Origin: a bacterium | Lineage (GTDB): Bacteria; UBA8248 | NCBI GenBank assembly: GCA_965200245.1 | Contig: CBDATS010000004.1 | Coordinates: 1,248,001 to 1,312,000, forward strand | Length of the DNA stretch: 64,000 nucleotides | Reading direction: 5' to 3' | The notes under the pieces: model-generated | Seen by the model: only the letters and a program-made list of their open reading frames with translations | The model's database searches: none | What the model was told of the DNA's origin: nothing | Shown here: piece after piece, positions 44,393 through 55,157 of the stretch | Position numbering within the stretch: position 1 is the first letter of the stretch | How the letters are laid out: each line of letters starts with the position of its first letter | Translations under genes and position numbers: made by a program

Positions 44393-46224
44393 GCGATATC
44401 GTCGGGATCGACCTGGGCACGACGAACAGCCTGGTCGCTTCCGTATCGGAAGGCGAACCGGCGATTCTTGCGCCCGAGGGCGAACGCGGCATCGTGCCCT
44501 CCGTGGTAAGTTTTCGTTCGGACCATGTTCTTGTCGGCGATGAAGCGCAGGCCGAGCGTGTTTCCAACAGCCGGGACACCATCTTTTCCGTCAAGCGGTT
44601 CATGGGCAGAGGCTACGATGACGTAAAGGACGAGATGCGCCACTTGCCCTTCGACGCGGACCCCGAGGAGAAAGAGGTCGCCCACGTACTGGCGCAGGGG
44701 CGATCCTATAGCGCACCCGAAATCAGCGCCCTGGTGTTGAGACGGCTGAAGGCCCGGGCGGAAAAAGCGCTCGGCAGGCCCGTGTTGAGAGCGGTGTTGA
44801 CGGTGCCCGCGTATTTCAACGACGCGCAGCGTCAGGCGACCAAGGATGCAGGAAGGCTCTCGGGCCTGGAAGTGCTCCGCATCATCAACGAACCCACTGC
44901 GGCTTCACTGGCCTACGGTCTGCATGAACGAAACCGGGGTATCATCGCGGTCTACGACCTGGGCGGTGGCACGTTCGACATCTCACTGCTGAAGACCAAG
45001 GACGGCGTGTTCGAGGTTCTCTCCACAGGCGGCGACACCCATCTCGGAGGGGATGATTTCGATCAGGCGATCTCCCGCCACATCCGGGAGGAAGTCCTCA
45101 AGCGACACGGCGTGGATTTGAGCGCAATGCCTGAAGCGTTGGCCGAACTCGCGGTTTTGGCCGAGCACGTCAAGAAGACCCTTTCCGAGAGCGATTCCAC
45201 CGAATATATCCTCGAAAACCCGGGTGGCGTCCCGCTCTCTCACAAGGGGTGCCTCACCCGCGAGGAGGTGGAGGCGTTCCTCTGGCCCATCGCCCATCGC
45301 ACCCTGGCGCCTTGCAGGCAGGCCTTGGCGGATGCGGATCTTGCGCCCGGCGAGGTGGATGAAGTCGTGCTGGTGGGTGGGTCCACCCGCATGCCCCTCA
45401 TACGTCGCATGGTGGAGGAACTGTTCGGGAAAAAACCACACGCGGATTTGGACCCGGACGAGGTGGTGGCCCTGGGTGCCGCCGTGCAGGCGGACATCCT
45501 CGCGGGCGGCAGGAAGGACATGCTTCTGCTCGACGTGACGCCTCTTTCTTTGGGTATCGAGACCATGGGCGGCGTCATGGAGTGGATCATTCCCCGCAAC
45601 ACCACCATACCGACGAGCGCGCGAGAAACCTATACCACTTTCAAGGATAACCAGACGGGCGTGGATATCCACGTGCTGCAGGGCGAGCGCGAGCTCGTGA
45701 AGGACAACCGCTCGCTTGCACGGTTTCGCCTCGCGGTCGATCCGGTGCCTGCCGGCCTCGCCCGGGTGGAGGTGACGTTTCTGCTTGACGCGAACGGTAT
45801 CCTGAACGTAGCGGCCCGGGACCTGAAGAGCGGCAAGGCCACCTCGGTGGAGGTACAGCCCTCCTGCGGGCTGACGGACGAACAGGTGGAGCGCATGCTC
45901 ATCGAATCTTTCGAGCACGCCGAACAGGACATACACTCGCGCCAGGTTCTCGACGCCAGAACCGAGGCGGAGACGATCCTGATGGCCACGGGCCGCGCGT
46001 TGAACGATTATGGCGAGGATGCGATATCTCCCGGGGAGCGCGCGAAGATTCAGGAAGCCGTGAACGCGCTCGAGATAGCCTGCCGGGGCGAGGGCGCAGG
46101 CTCGATTCGCGACATGGTCGATGCGCTCAATGAAGTTACGATGCCGCTCGCGGAGCGGATGATGGATAACGTTTTGAAGTCTGCCTTGGAGAACAAGAGG
46201 GCAAGCGAAACCCTCAATGACTAG
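44389..46224 (+). CDS. hscA: Fe-S chaperone HscA (Hsp70)
   Basis: [41 protein letters not shown]; isc context. Confidence 0.93.
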   Translation: MSDIVGIDLGTTNSLVASVSEGEPAILAPEGERGIVPSVVSFRSDHVLVGDEAQAERVSNSRDTIFSVKRFMGRGYDDVKDEMRHLPFDADPEEKEVAHVLAQGRSYSAPEISALVLRRLKARAEKALGRPVLRAVLTVPAYFNDAQRQATKDAGRLSGLEVLRIINEPTAASLAYGLHERNRGIIAVYDLGGGTFDISLLKTKDGVFEVLSTGGDTHLGGDDFDQAISRHIREEVLKRHGVDLSAMPEALAELAVLAEHVKKTLSESDSTEYILENPGGVPLSHKGCLTREEVEAFLWPIAHRTLAPCRQALADADLAPGEVDEVVLVGGSTRMPLIRRMVEELFGKKPHADLDPDEVVALGAAVQADILAGGRKDMLLLDVTPLSLGIETMGGVMEWIIPRNTTIPTSARETYTTFKDNQTGVDIHVLQGERELVKDNRSLARFRLAVDPVPAGLARVEVTFLLDANGILNVAARDLKSGKATSVEVQPSCGLTDEQVERMLIESFEHAEQDIHSRQVLDARTEAETILMATGRALNDYGEDAISPGERAKIQEAVNALEIACRGEGAGSIRDMVDALNEVTMPLAERMMDNVLKSALENKRASETLND

Positions 46225-46263
46225 AATTCGCGGCAGGGGACACGCGGGACGCAGGGGAAGAAA

Positions 46264-46620
46264 ATGGCGAAACTTTATTTCACGGAAGAAAAACAGACGA
46301 TAGAAATCCACGTGGGCGAGAATATTCTCGAAGCGGCGCTCGAAAACGGCATCGATCTGGATCACGCCTGCGGCGGCGTGTGTGCCTGCTCGACGTGTCA
46401 CGTGAAGATCAGGACCGGTGCCGATTTTTTCAACGAATCCACCGAGGACGAGGAAGATCAACTCGACGACGCGCGCGACGTGGACCTCGACAGCCGCTTG
46501 GCCTGTCAGGCGACGCTGGAGAGCGATACGGATGAGGTGATCGAAATCGAGGTGCCGTTCTGGAACGTGAACCTCGTGCAGGAGGGTCCGGATGCGGCCC
46601 GTGAGCAAAGCACCCATTAA
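46264..46620 (+). CDS. fdx: ISC 2Fe-2S ferredoxin
   Basis: HACGGVCACSTCH...SRLACQ. Confidence 0.93.
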   Translation: MAKLYFTEEKQTIEIHVGENILEAALENGIDLDHACGGVCACSTCHVKIRTGADFFNESTEDEEDQLDDARDVDLDSRLACQATLESDTDEVIEIEVPFWNVNLVQEGPDAAREQSTH

Positions 46621-46644
46621 GAGATTCGGTTCAGGAGAAAACCC

Positions 46645-46863
46645 GTGGACACGTTTGGCTGGGAAGACGCCGAGGATATCGGCATCGTGCTGTACGAGAA
46701 ATTTCCGGATCTGGATCCGCTCTCCGTGCGGTTTACCGATCTGCACGAGTGGGTGTGCGGACTGGAAGAATTCGACGACGATCCCAGATCTTCGACGGAA
46801 GGCAAGCTCGAGGCCATTCAGATGGCCTGGCTTGAAGAATACAGGGATGCGCAGGGAGACTAG
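46645..46863 (+). CDS. iscX: Fe-S assembly protein IscX
   Basis: W.D..DI...LYE..PD.DP..VRFTDL..WV..L..FDD...LEAIQ.AW. Confidence 0.93.
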   Translation: MDTFGWEDAEDIGIVLYEKFPDLDPLSVRFTDLHEWVCGLEEFDDDPRSSTEGKLEAIQMAWLEEYRDAQGD

Positions 46864-46950
46864 TTTTCTCCTCATGTGGAAAGGGTGCGGCCTTCCGGCC
46901 GACACCCTCTCGCGATTCCTGTTTACAGAGGATGATTCGAGGCGAATGAA

Positions 46951-47760
46951 GTGAGCGAAGAACGACGTGTGGACGGAAAAATCCTGCTCTCCCGCAAGGA
47001 TGCGGTGGCGACGATCACCTTCAACGCGCCCGAGCGGCTGAACGCCATCGAGTATGAGATGTGGGTGGAGATTGGCAACCTCATGCCCGAACTCGACGCT
47101 GACGATTCGGTACGCGCCGTTGTTTTCAAAGGCGCGGGCGGACGGGCCTTTTCCGCCGGTGCCGATATCTCGCGCTTCAGGCAGGAGCGTTACAGTTCCG
47201 CTCAAGCCAGGCATTTCTCGGAAACAGGATTCCTGCGCGGTCTCGACGCGGTGGATGCATTCTCGAAACCCGTCATCTGCCTCATACGCGGTGCCTGCGT
47301 GGGCGGAGGCGTGGAACTCGCCGCCGCTGCGGATTTGCGGGTCGCGGGCGAGAATTCGCGCTTCGGGATCCCTGTGGCCAGGCTCGGCCTCGTGGCGGGC
47401 TATTCCGAACTCAGGCGTTTCGTGTATTCCATCGGCCCTGCGCGGACGCTGGACATGCTGTTTACGGCCAAGCTCTTCACCGCGCAGGAGATGCTCGATG
47501 CGGGCTTTCTGGCGCGCGTCGTGCCGGATGAGGAGGTGGAAGCCGCAGCGTATGAAATGGCGGAACGCATCGTTTCTCTGGCACCCCTCGTTCACAGGTG
47601 GCACAAAGGTTTCGTGAAGAAGGTGTTGCTCGATCCGAGCCTCTCCACCCTCACCGAGGAAGAGAGGGCGCGTGAGTTCGCCTGTTTCGATACCGAAGAC
47701 TTCCGAGAGGGCGTGGACGCTTTCCTGAACAAGCGCACGCCGGAATTTCAGGGAAAGTAG
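46951..47760 (+). CDS. Enoyl-CoA hydratase/isomerase family protein
   Basis: AFSAGADI, GGGVELA, EDFREGV.AF..KR.P.F.G. Confidence 0.9.
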   Translation: MSEERRVDGKILLSRKDAVATITFNAPERLNAIEYEMWVEIGNLMPELDADDSVRAVVFKGAGGRAFSAGADISRFRQERYSSAQARHFSETGFLRGLDAVDAFSKPVICLIRGACVGGGVELAAAADLRVAGENSRFGIPVARLGLVAGYSELRRFVYSIGPARTLDMLFTAKLFTAQEMLDAGFLARVVPDEEVEAAAYEMAERIVSLAPLVHRWHKGFVKKVLLDPSLSTLTEEERAREFACFDTEDFREGVDAFLNKRTPEFQGK

Positions 47761-47765
47761 AACAA

Positions 47766-48968
47766 ATGAACCGAAAGACGGGCGGGCCCCTGGAAGGCGT
47801 ACGCGTCCTGGAGGTCTGCCAGGTAATGGCCGGCCCGTTCTGTGGGTGTCTGCTGGCCGACATGGGCGCGGACGTCATCAAGATCGAAAACCCGGACGGC
47901 GGCGACAGCGCGCGCCATCTGGGGCGTTATTTCGACGGCGGCGAGGCGCATGGTTTCATGAACCTGAATCGCAATAAGCGCAGCGTTGCGGTGAACATGA
48001 AAGCGCACGAGGGCGTCGCGCTCATGAAAGAACTGGCCCGGAAAGTCGACGTGTTCGTTGAGAATATACGGCCCGGCATCATGACGAGACTCGGTCTGGG
48101 CTATGAGGACCTGAAAGAACTCAATCCGGGCCTCATCTACGCATCCATCTCCGGTTACGGCGATACGGGGCCTTTCGCGGGCAAGGGCGGGTTCGATCTC
48201 GTCTCGCAGGGACTTTCGAGCCTCATGAGCTTCACGGGCGAGCCCGGCGGCGCGCCCGCAAAGATACCCGTGCCGATATGCGATCTGAACGCAGGGATGT
48301 ACACGGCGTTCTCGATTCTCTCGGCCTATATCCATAAACAGCGCACCGGACAGGGCCAGCGCATCGACGTGGCGCTGACCGACGCAGGCCTGGGCTACAC
48401 CTTCTGGCAGGCATCGCAGTTCTTCCCGTCCGGAGAGCCACCGGAACCTCTCGGCTCAGCGCACGAGATGACGGCGCCCTATCAGGCTTTTCAGTGCAGG
48501 GATGGTTACCTGGCTCTCGGCGCCGCCAACCAGAGAAACTGGGAACTCTTCTGCGCAACTATCGGGAGAGAAGACCTTCTGGAACGGGAAGAATACGCCA
48601 CTGACGGCTTGAGACGCGAAAACTATCTCGCACTCGCGGGGGAACTCGGAGAGGTGTTCATTGAAAAGACACGCGACGAATGGGTGGCGCTTCTGGATTC
48701 GGGCGGCATCCCCTGCGGGCCGATTCTCAACATGGAAGAAACCTTCGCGCATCCCCAGATTCAGGCGAGGGAAATGAGCGTCGAGATAGAGCACCCCGCG
48801 GCGGGCCGAATGCGGGTTCTGGGCTTTCCGCCCAAACTGTCCGGGACGCGCGTCGGTGTTCGTACGCCCGCGCCCCTGCTGGGCGAGCACACCGACGAGG
48901 TGCTGCGTGAGTTCGGAGCCAGCGAGGATGAAATAAACAACTTGCGGGCAGCGGGCTTCGTGGCCTGA
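47766..48968 (+). CDS. CaiB/BaiF family III CoA-transferase
   Basis: PLEGVRVL, AGP, GADVIKIE, NRNKRS, ENIRPG, LGEHTDEVL. Confidence 0.92.
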   Translation: MNRKTGGPLEGVRVLEVCQVMAGPFCGCLLADMGADVIKIENPDGGDSARHLGRYFDGGEAHGFMNLNRNKRSVAVNMKAHEGVALMKELARKVDVFVENIRPGIMTRLGLGYEDLKELNPGLIYASISGYGDTGPFAGKGGFDLVSQGLSSLMSFTGEPGGAPAKIPVPICDLNAGMYTAFSILSAYIHKQRTGQGQRIDVALTDAGLGYTFWQASQFFPSGEPPEPLGSAHEMTAPYQAFQCRDGYLALGAANQRNWELFCATIGREDLLEREEYATDGLRRENYLALAGELGEVFIEKTRDEWVALLDSGGIPCGPILNMEETFAHPQIQAREMSVEIEHPAAGRMRVLGFPPKLSGTRVGVRTPAPLLGEHTDEVLREFGASEDEINNLRAAGFVA

Positions 48969-48972
48969 GTAC

Positions 48973-49686
48973 ATGGCCAAACCGCCGCCGCCCCTCTCCC
49001 CCGGCGTCTACCTCGTCGCCACGCCTATCGGCAATCTCGAAGACATCACACAACGCGCCCGCAGGGTGCTGGAGGAATGCGACCTCATTGCGTGTGAGGA
49101 CACGCGCCACACGGGCAGGCTGCTCTCGCACATCGGCATCAGGAAACCACTCCTGAGCTACCACGAGCATAACGAGGCGAAGCGTGCGGACGATCTGGCC
49201 GCGCGCGCGCTCGGCGGTGCGCGCATCGCCGTGGTATCGGACGCGGGCACACCGGGCGTCTCGGACCCCGCCTACCGGGTAGTGCGCGCAGCAATCGAGG
49301 CGGGCGTCGCCGTCATCCCCGTTCCCGGCCCGTCTTCGGTTCTGGCGGCACTCACCGCATCGGGCCTTCCCACGGACAGTTTCGTCTTCGAGGGTTTTCT
49401 TCTCGCGAAGGGCCGGAAGAGACTCCAGAAGATAGAAACGCTGCTGGGCGAGGAACGCACGGTCGTCCTGTTTGAAGCCCCTCACAGGACGCCGAGGCTC
49501 GTGAGCGAGATTGCCGCTCTGGCGCCCGCGCGGCCCCTGGCCCTTGCGCGCGAGATCACGAAGCTCCACGAGGAGATATTGAGGGATGAGGCGCGAAAAC
49601 TCGCCGATGCACTCAAGGGAAAAAGAATCAGGGGCGAGTGCGTCCTGCTCATCGGGCCGAAGCGGATGGAGAAGGCGGACGATTGA
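48973..49686 (+). CDS. rsmI: 16S rRNA (cytidine1402-2'-O)-methyltransferase RsmI
   Basis: LVATPIGNLEDIT, EDTR, SDAGTP.VSDP, REITK.HEE. Confidence 0.95.
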   Translation: MAKPPPPLSPGVYLVATPIGNLEDITQRARRVLEECDLIACEDTRHTGRLLSHIGIRKPLLSYHEHNEAKRADDLAARALGGARIAVVSDAGTPGVSDPAYRVVRAAIEAGVAVIPVPGPSSVLAALTASGLPTDSFVFEGFLLAKGRKRLQKIETLLGEERTVVLFEAPHRTPRLVSEIAALAPARPLALAREITKLHEEILRDEARKLADALKGKRIRGECVLLIGPKRMEKADD

Positions 49687-49717
49687 ACAGGGAGGGCGAC
49701 ATGGTACGATTTGTTGT

Positions 49718-49969
49718 ATGAACGCCGTATCGCCTGCATTGCTCGACCCGCCTTCAGAAGACACGCCCATCCATTGCCGTAGTCGAAACCCCGACTCTCG
49801 CCATCCCTTTTGTCTTCATTGGCCAGTGCTGGACTGCATACACGCAGCCCGATGCTCCGTCATGCGAAAGGCGTTTCTGGAGCTTGCCGAATGCTGCAGG
49901 GTGAAGGGGCATGTCGAAAACCGAAGCAGCCCTCCCTACCTTGGCTCCAGGCCGTGTTTTTTCATGTAG
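49718..49969 (+). CDS. Possible leaderless small Cys/His-rich protein (83 aa)
   Basis: TTGAAC-16 nt-TACGAT with extended TG, ATG 7 nt later; 7 Cys and 4 His. Confidence 0.3.
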   Translation: MNAVSPALLDPPSEDTPIHCRSRNPDSRHPFCLHWPVLDCIHAARCSVMRKAFLELAECCRVKGHVENRSSPPYLGSRPCFFM

Positions 49970-51243
49970 GCCTGCAGCCAAAGCGCGAGGGCAATCGAGA
50001 TGAACATGAACAGGATAATCGTCAGGAAGGGAATGAGGTAACTTTTCGTGTAATCGAACATGAAACCCGCGAACGGAGGACCCACGACGCCTCCCAGGCC
50101 GTAGCAGATCTCCATGAAGCCGATGATGACGCCATAGGTACGGCCCCCGAAGCAGTCCCCCGCCAGGGCGGAATAGCATGCGCTCATGGCGCCGATGCCG
50201 ATGCCGTATATCAGCGCAAAGGCATAGCCGGGCAGGATGCCCCCGCCGAAATGGGGAATGAGGATGAGCAATGCCAGGCCCGCCGCCACCACCACGGCGG
50301 AAAGGGCCACCCCGTGCCCTCGCCCGATGATGTCGCCTACCCAACCGCCGCCGATGCTGCCGAACGTTCGGATGAATCCCACAGAACCGAAGATGACCGC
50401 CGCAAGAGCCGTGGAGTATTTGATGTCCACGAGATAGAGCTGCAGCTGGCTCATGATGGTGTTGTTGTTGAGCCCGATGGCGAAGACCATCAGAAGGAGG
50501 CACCAAAAGCGGATATCGCGCCTAACGACAGAGAATACCTCCCATACTCCCTTGCCTTCACCACCATGGCCGACGCCCGATTTCGCCATCTCTTCAGGCG
50601 TGCGCGGTGGGTCCCCGTCTGGCCCCTGGCCGACGTCCTCGGGCACGTCGCGAAGGAGCAGGAAACCCGAGGGCGCAACGATGAACAACAGGACCAGGCC
50701 GAAGATCATGTACGTGTAGCGCCAGCCGGCAGACGCGATGAGCCGCTCGATGAGAGGGGCCAGGACAAGGATACCGATTCCGATGCCCGAGAGTGCGATA
50801 CCAGTGGCGCGCCCCCTTTTTTTGACGAACCAGCGCGGCACGATGGCACTGTGCGTGGAGAAACCGCTCAACGAGAGACCATAGCCGGCGAAAAGCCCGA
50901 ACAGGATATAGAGGTGCCACAGAGAGGACACGAAAAAACACGAGATGAACGTGAGGCCCAGTATCACCGAACCCCAGGGCATGATGGCGCGCGGACCTTT
51001 TTTCTCAAGCAACGAGCCCGCAAACGGTGCACCGAAAGCGTAGGTGGCCATCGAGAGCGAGAACGCACCGCTCAGAAGACCCCGGCTCCAGCCGAATTCC
51101 TCAATAAGGGGGACTTGGAAGATGCCAAAGGAGAACCGTGTGACGACGTGGAATCCCAGCGTGGCGAAAGAAAGCCAGACGATGAGCCAGCCGTAGTAGA
51201 ATCGGGGTTTCCCGGCGGAGCCGCTTCCTGGAGGTTTAGTCAT
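49936..51243 (-). CDS. MFS transporter (OFA/MCT-like)
   Basis: FYYGW, about 12 TM helices, WFVKKRGRA.G. Confidence 0.92.
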   Translation of the reverse strand: MTKPPGSGSAGKPRFYYGWLIVWLSFATLGFHVVTRFSFGIFQVPLIEEFGWSRGLLSGAFSLSMATYAFGAPFAGSLLEKKGPRAIMPWGSVILGLTFISCFFVSSLWHLYILFGLFAGYGLSLSGFSTHSAIVPRWFVKKRGRATGIALSGIGIGILVLAPLIERLIASAGWRYTYMIFGLVLLFIVAPSGFLLLRDVPEDVGQGPDGDPPRTPEEMAKSGVGHGGEGKGVWEVFSVVRRDIRFWCLLLMVFAIGLNNNTIMSQLQLYLVDIKYSTALAAVIFGSVGFIRTFGSIGGGWVGDIIGRGHGVALSAVVVAAGLALLILIPHFGGGILPGYAFALIYGIGIGAMSACYSALAGDCFGGRTYGVIIGFMEICYGLGGVVGPPFAGFMFDYTKSYLIPFLTIILFMFISIALALWLQAYMKKHGLEPR

Positions 51244-51319
51244 TCGTTTCCTTGTTCAAGTGAATCACGGGACTTGAGGGGAGTATACACGGCGCCCGCG
51301 TTTCGGGAGAAGCAATATC

Positions 51320-52222
51320 TCAAACCTCCCAAAAGCACATCGCCGTTTGGACATGGATATCCACGGTGTCCGCAGGGTTCAGGGCGTATCCTCCGCCCAG
51401 GGTTCCTGCGACGGGAATCTCCCGCGCACGGCACTCTCCCAGAACGTACGCGTCGCGCCGCCGGAGTCCCTCTTTCGAGAGCTTGAGCGTTCCGAGCTGA
51501 TCCCCGGCATACGCATCGGCCCCCGCCTGGTACATCACCAGGTCGGGTTTATGTTCATCGAGAATCCTCGGGATGTGTTTTTCCAGGTGCGGCAGGTATT
51601 CATCCTCCGTCGCGAGGTCATAGAGGCCAATGTCCAGATCGCTTCTTTTCTTTTGCGGGTAGATGTTCTCCTGATGGATGGAAAACGTGAACACTGCCTC
51701 CTCGCGCCTGAAGATGACGGCGGTCCCGTTTCCCTGGTGCAGGTCGCAGTCGATGACGGCAGCACTTTCGATGACACCCTCTTTCATGAGAACCCGCACG
51801 GCGACTGCTAGGTCGTTCACGTAGCAAAAGCCCTCGGCCTGATCGGCGAAGGCGTGGTGAAAGCCTCCCGTGAGGTTGAGCGCCCGGCTTCTTTTCAGTG
51901 CCTCGCTCGCGGCGAGAATCGTGCCGCCTGTCGCCAGGAAGCTCGCGTCCACGATCTGTTTGCTTATCGGGAGTTCGCTCGGTGCCGTGCGCGCGGTTTG
52001 GACGCCTGATCGCAGATCCGCCAGATATTCCGGCGTGTGGACGAGGGCCAGTTCCTCCTGGGTCGCGCCGCGGGGCACGAGAAAAGCGCTGTCGGGCAGT
52101 CCGGCCCTTCTGAGTCTGGCGTGGGTTTTCTGGTATTTCCCGGCTTGCAGGACATGAGTGCCGATGTCGGCGTAATAACCTTCGTGAAAGATGAAAGCGC
52201 AGTGCTCGGCAGGTGCGTTCAT
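51320..52222 (-). CDS. Histone deacetylase family amidohydrolase
   Basis: GGFHHA, GFC..ND, DCDLHQGNGT, GAD, GGGY. Confidence 0.92.
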   Translation of the reverse strand: MNAPAEHCAFIFHEGYYADIGTHVLQAGKYQKTHARLRRAGLPDSAFLVPRGATQEELALVHTPEYLADLRSGVQTARTAPSELPISKQIVDASFLATGGTILAASEALKRSRALNLTGGFHHAFADQAEGFCYVNDLAVAVRVLMKEGVIESAAVIDCDLHQGNGTAVIFRREEAVFTFSIHQENIYPQKKRSDLDIGLYDLATEDEYLPHLEKHIPRILDEHKPDLVMYQAGADAYAGDQLGTLKLSKEGLRRRDAYVLGECRAREIPVAGTLGGGYALNPADTVDIHVQTAMCFWEV

Positions 52223-52228
52223 CTCCGG

Positions 52229-53428
52229 CTAGATGATGCCCTTGTCTTTTAGGCCAGCGATTGCCGCGCTGTCGTAACCGATACTTTCCAGCACCTCGTC
52301 GGTGTGTTTGCCCATCGGAGGTCCTGCCCAGCGGATGCCGCCCGGCGAGCCGTTCAGCCTCGGAATGACGTTTTGCATCTTGATGGGTCCGAGTTCTTCA
52401 TCCTCCACGGTGGTGATGGTCCCGCGCGCCTGCACGTGGGGGTCCGCCATGAACTGGGCCACGTCGTAAATGGGGCCCAGGGCGCATTCGTGTTTCTCGA
52501 AATGGGCGATCGTCTCATCAAGCGCGTGTTTGCCTATCCAGTCCTGGATGGCGTCGTCGAGTTCGGCCATGTTCTCCACCCGGCCCGCCTGGGTCGCCAT
52601 CCTCGGGTTGTCGCCCAGGTCCTCACGCCCCACGGCGCGCATGACGCGCCTGAAGATGTTCTCCGCACTTGCGGATATCACGACATAGCGCCCGTCCTTG
52701 CATCGGTAAGTGTTTCTCGGTGCAGCGAAGGGAATGGCGTTTCCCGTGCGAGTCTGGATGTAGCCGAGCTGGTCGTATTCGATCGGCTGAGGACCCAGCA
52801 CCATGGTGATGGGCTCGAAAATGGCGATGTCGATTTCCTGGCCGGGCGCGTCGTGCACGTCGCGGTGGTAGAGTGCCATCATCACGGCGTAGGTGCCGCA
52901 CAGCGCACTGATGCCATCGGCCAGGGCGAAGGGTGGCAGTGTGGGTGGTCCGTCGGGAAACCCCGTGATGTGCGCGAAGCCGCTCATCGCCTCGGCAAGT
53001 GTGCCGAAACCGGGCCTTTGTGCGTAGGGGCCCTTCTGTCCGAAACCGCTCGTTCGCGCGAGGATGAGCCTAGGGTTGAGAGCATGGAGACTTTCCCAGG
53101 AAAAGCCCCATCTTTCCATCGTGCCGGGGCGGAAATTCTCCACCAGGACGTCCGCGCTTTCACACAGCTTGCGGACGATCTCCTGTCCTTCGGGCGAGGA
53201 GATGTTGCAGGTGATGGACTTCTTGTTCCGGCTCGCCAGTTTCCACCAGAGCGAGACGCCGTCCTTCTGGGAAGCGAAGTTTCTGAGCGAATCACCGCGT
53301 GGGTGCTCTATTTTGATGACATCGGCTCCGAAATCTGCCATATAGGTGGCTATCCAGGGGCCGGCGAACAGGGTTCCTATGTCGATGACCCGCACGCCTT
53401 CGAGCGGCATTTTGTTGTGTTCATTCAT
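52229..53428 (-). CDS. CaiB/BaiF family III CoA-transferase
   Basis: PLEGVRVID, RNKKS, ENFRPG; start trimmed to ATG 53428. Confidence 0.9.
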   Translation of the reverse strand: MNEHNKMPLEGVRVIDIGTLFAGPWIATYMADFGADVIKIEHPRGDSLRNFASQKDGVSLWWKLASRNKKSITCNISSPEGQEIVRKLCESADVLVENFRPGTMERWGFSWESLHALNPRLILARTSGFGQKGPYAQRPGFGTLAEAMSGFAHITGFPDGPPTLPPFALADGISALCGTYAVMMALYHRDVHDAPGQEIDIAIFEPITMVLGPQPIEYDQLGYIQTRTGNAIPFAAPRNTYRCKDGRYVVISASAENIFRRVMRAVGREDLGDNPRMATQAGRVENMAELDDAIQDWIGKHALDETIAHFEKHECALGPIYDVAQFMADPHVQARGTITTVEDEELGPIKMQNVIPRLNGSPGGIRWAGPPMGKHTDEVLESIGYDSAAIAGLKDKGII

Positions 53429-53663
53429 GAAGCACTGTTCCTGAAGATTGGGGGCTGTCACCTTGCGGCCACAGACGGGTTCACGAAACACGTTCGTGGG
53501 ACGCTCCGATGGTAGCAAAGCCCGCTTGTTCCGGCAACGATTTGCGGGGATTCTCGGGAACGCCCTTCTCTCTTGTTTGCCGTGGACTTGGGCCCCGTAT
53601 ATTGGGATAATCGGGAGAGTTGATACGCCCTCTCGAGGGTCTGACCACATCTGGAGGTTTCGT

Positions 53664-54782
53664 ATGAAATCTTTTCTCATCGCCGTGCTGTTTGCGTTTT
53701 TGTTCCTGGCCCCCACGCACCTGGGTGCGCCCGTGCGCACACCTGATGGTCTGGTTCTGGTGACCCAGGACGCCGAGGCGAGGCGCTTCGGCGGTTTCCG
53801 CTCTTTCGGGTTTCGTGGCTCGAGGGGGTTCGGCAGTTTCGGGCGCAGGGGTTTTTCGAGACGCTCCCTCGGCGCGCGTCCCGGCGCGCGCAGCCTCTCG
53901 CGCAGGCCGCTCCAGAGATCCTCGTTCCTGGGCAGCGGTTTTGGCTCCGGTCTGTTCGCGGGCATCGGAGGGTTCTTGCTGGGTGGCATGCTGGGGAGCA
54001 TGTTCTTCGGCGGCATGGGCTCCGGCATGGGGATGGGAGGAGGTTTCGGTCTTCTGGAGATACTCCTCATCGGTGGCATCATCTTCTTCATCTTCCGCAT
54101 GATCAGGAACCGCGCGTCAGCTTCCTACCAGGAACCCCGCTATTCGGGGGATCGCTACGCCGAGGCCGACCCCTACGGTGTGGGGGGGTACGGGGAAGAG
54201 CCGCGCGACAGGGACGAAGAACCCCGCAGTTACGAGAGGTCGGGTGGCGTGTATCGTGGCCAGGACATCGGCCCGGCGGGCGGCGGCGCAGGCCGTTCAT
54301 CAAGCGGCTTTCGTGAAAGCCCGAAGCGCAATTCCGCGAGCGATGAGTCGCTTCGGAGAATAAGCGAGAGTGACGCATCTTTTTCGGAGCAGGCCTTCGT
54401 CGGCCTGGCGAAGGAAAACTTCCTCCGCTTTCAGAACGCCTGGACGGCGCGCGATCTCTCCCCCGTGCGCGACCTGATGGACAAGGAGATATACGCGGAA
54501 GTCCAGCGCGACATCGAGGGCCTGATGAGCCAGGGGAAGATTAACAGGATCGACGATGTGGACGTCAGGAAAGCGGAAATCGTGGAAGCTTGGAACGAGG
54601 AGGGCTTCGATTTTATCACTGTGTGCTACGAGGCGAGTCTTTGCGACTGCGTGGTTGACGAGCGGAGCGGGGAGTTGATCGAGGGCAGCCGCACGGAACG
54701 GGTGAATTTCGCAGAGCACTGGACATGGGCGCGGCCCGAGGGGCCGAACCAGTGGTTCCTCTCCGCCATTGAACAGGCGTGA
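53664..54782 (+). CDS. Tim44-domain protein with signal peptide and Gly/Arg-rich region
   Basis: AEARRFGG..SFG, GG.LGS TM, F..FQNAW, F.EHWTW.R...W.LSAI.Q. Confidence 0.88.
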   Translation: MKSFLIAVLFAFLFLAPTHLGAPVRTPDGLVLVTQDAEARRFGGFRSFGFRGSRGFGSFGRRGFSRRSLGARPGARSLSRRPLQRSSFLGSGFGSGLFAGIGGFLLGGMLGSMFFGGMGSGMGMGGGFGLLEILLIGGIIFFIFRMIRNRASASYQEPRYSGDRYAEADPYGVGGYGEEPRDRDEEPRSYERSGGVYRGQDIGPAGGGAGRSSSGFRESPKRNSASDESLRRISESDASFSEQAFVGLAKENFLRFQNAWTARDLSPVRDLMDKEIYAEVQRDIEGLMSQGKINRIDDVDVRKAEIVEAWNEEGFDFITVCYEASLCDCVVDERSGELIEGSRTERVNFAEHWTWARPEGPNQWFLSAIEQA

Positions 54783-54794
54783 AGCGGGAATTTC

Positions 54795-55157
54795 CTAGGG
54801 AGTGGAAACCTTGTCCGAATCAGGGGTGGGGGTTTGTTCTTCCTCCTCGCCGTAGCGTCTGCCTCCTTCCATGTCCTTGAGCGACCACCAGAAATAGATG
54901 ATGCTGCCCAGGATTGCCGTCATGACGATGGCGAAGCCCACGAGGAAGTAAGAAGGCAGCGCGGAACGGTAGGCGAGCGGCGAAACGCTTGTGCCCGAGG
55001 CCACGGCGGGGGCCGTTTGCGCAGGCGCTTTCGCCTGTATCATGGCCTGTTCGGCTTGGAAGGCCATGTAGCCCCAATACACCATCCCGCCCAGAAGCGC
55101 GAGAATCAGGACGGTGCATACGGGCCATTTGAGACCTGTTTTTTTCACCTCGCTCAA
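54795..55157 (-). CDS. Hypothetical two-TM membrane protein
   Basis: Two hydrophobic helices; start overlaps the stop of the upstream gene. Confidence 0.6.
   Translation of the reverse strand: MSEVKKTGLKWPVCTVLILALLGGMVYWGYMAFQAEQAMIQAKAPAQTAPAVASGTSVSPLAYRSALPSYFLVGFAIVMTAILGSIIYFWWSLKDMEGGRRYGEEEEQTPTPDSDKVSTP

Noticed and set aside
44983-47604. 873-aa minus-strand ORF
   Set aside because: Antisense to hscA-fdx-iscX-ech; long antisense frames are common opposite Hsp70 genes
49687-49935. rnpB expected after rsmI
   Set aside because: GAGGAAAGTCC and other RNase P RNA conserved blocks are not present
53780-54060. Repetitive GGC/TTC-rich sequence as a repeat array
   Set aside because: Explained by the Gly/Phe/Arg low-complexity coding region of the Tim44 protein
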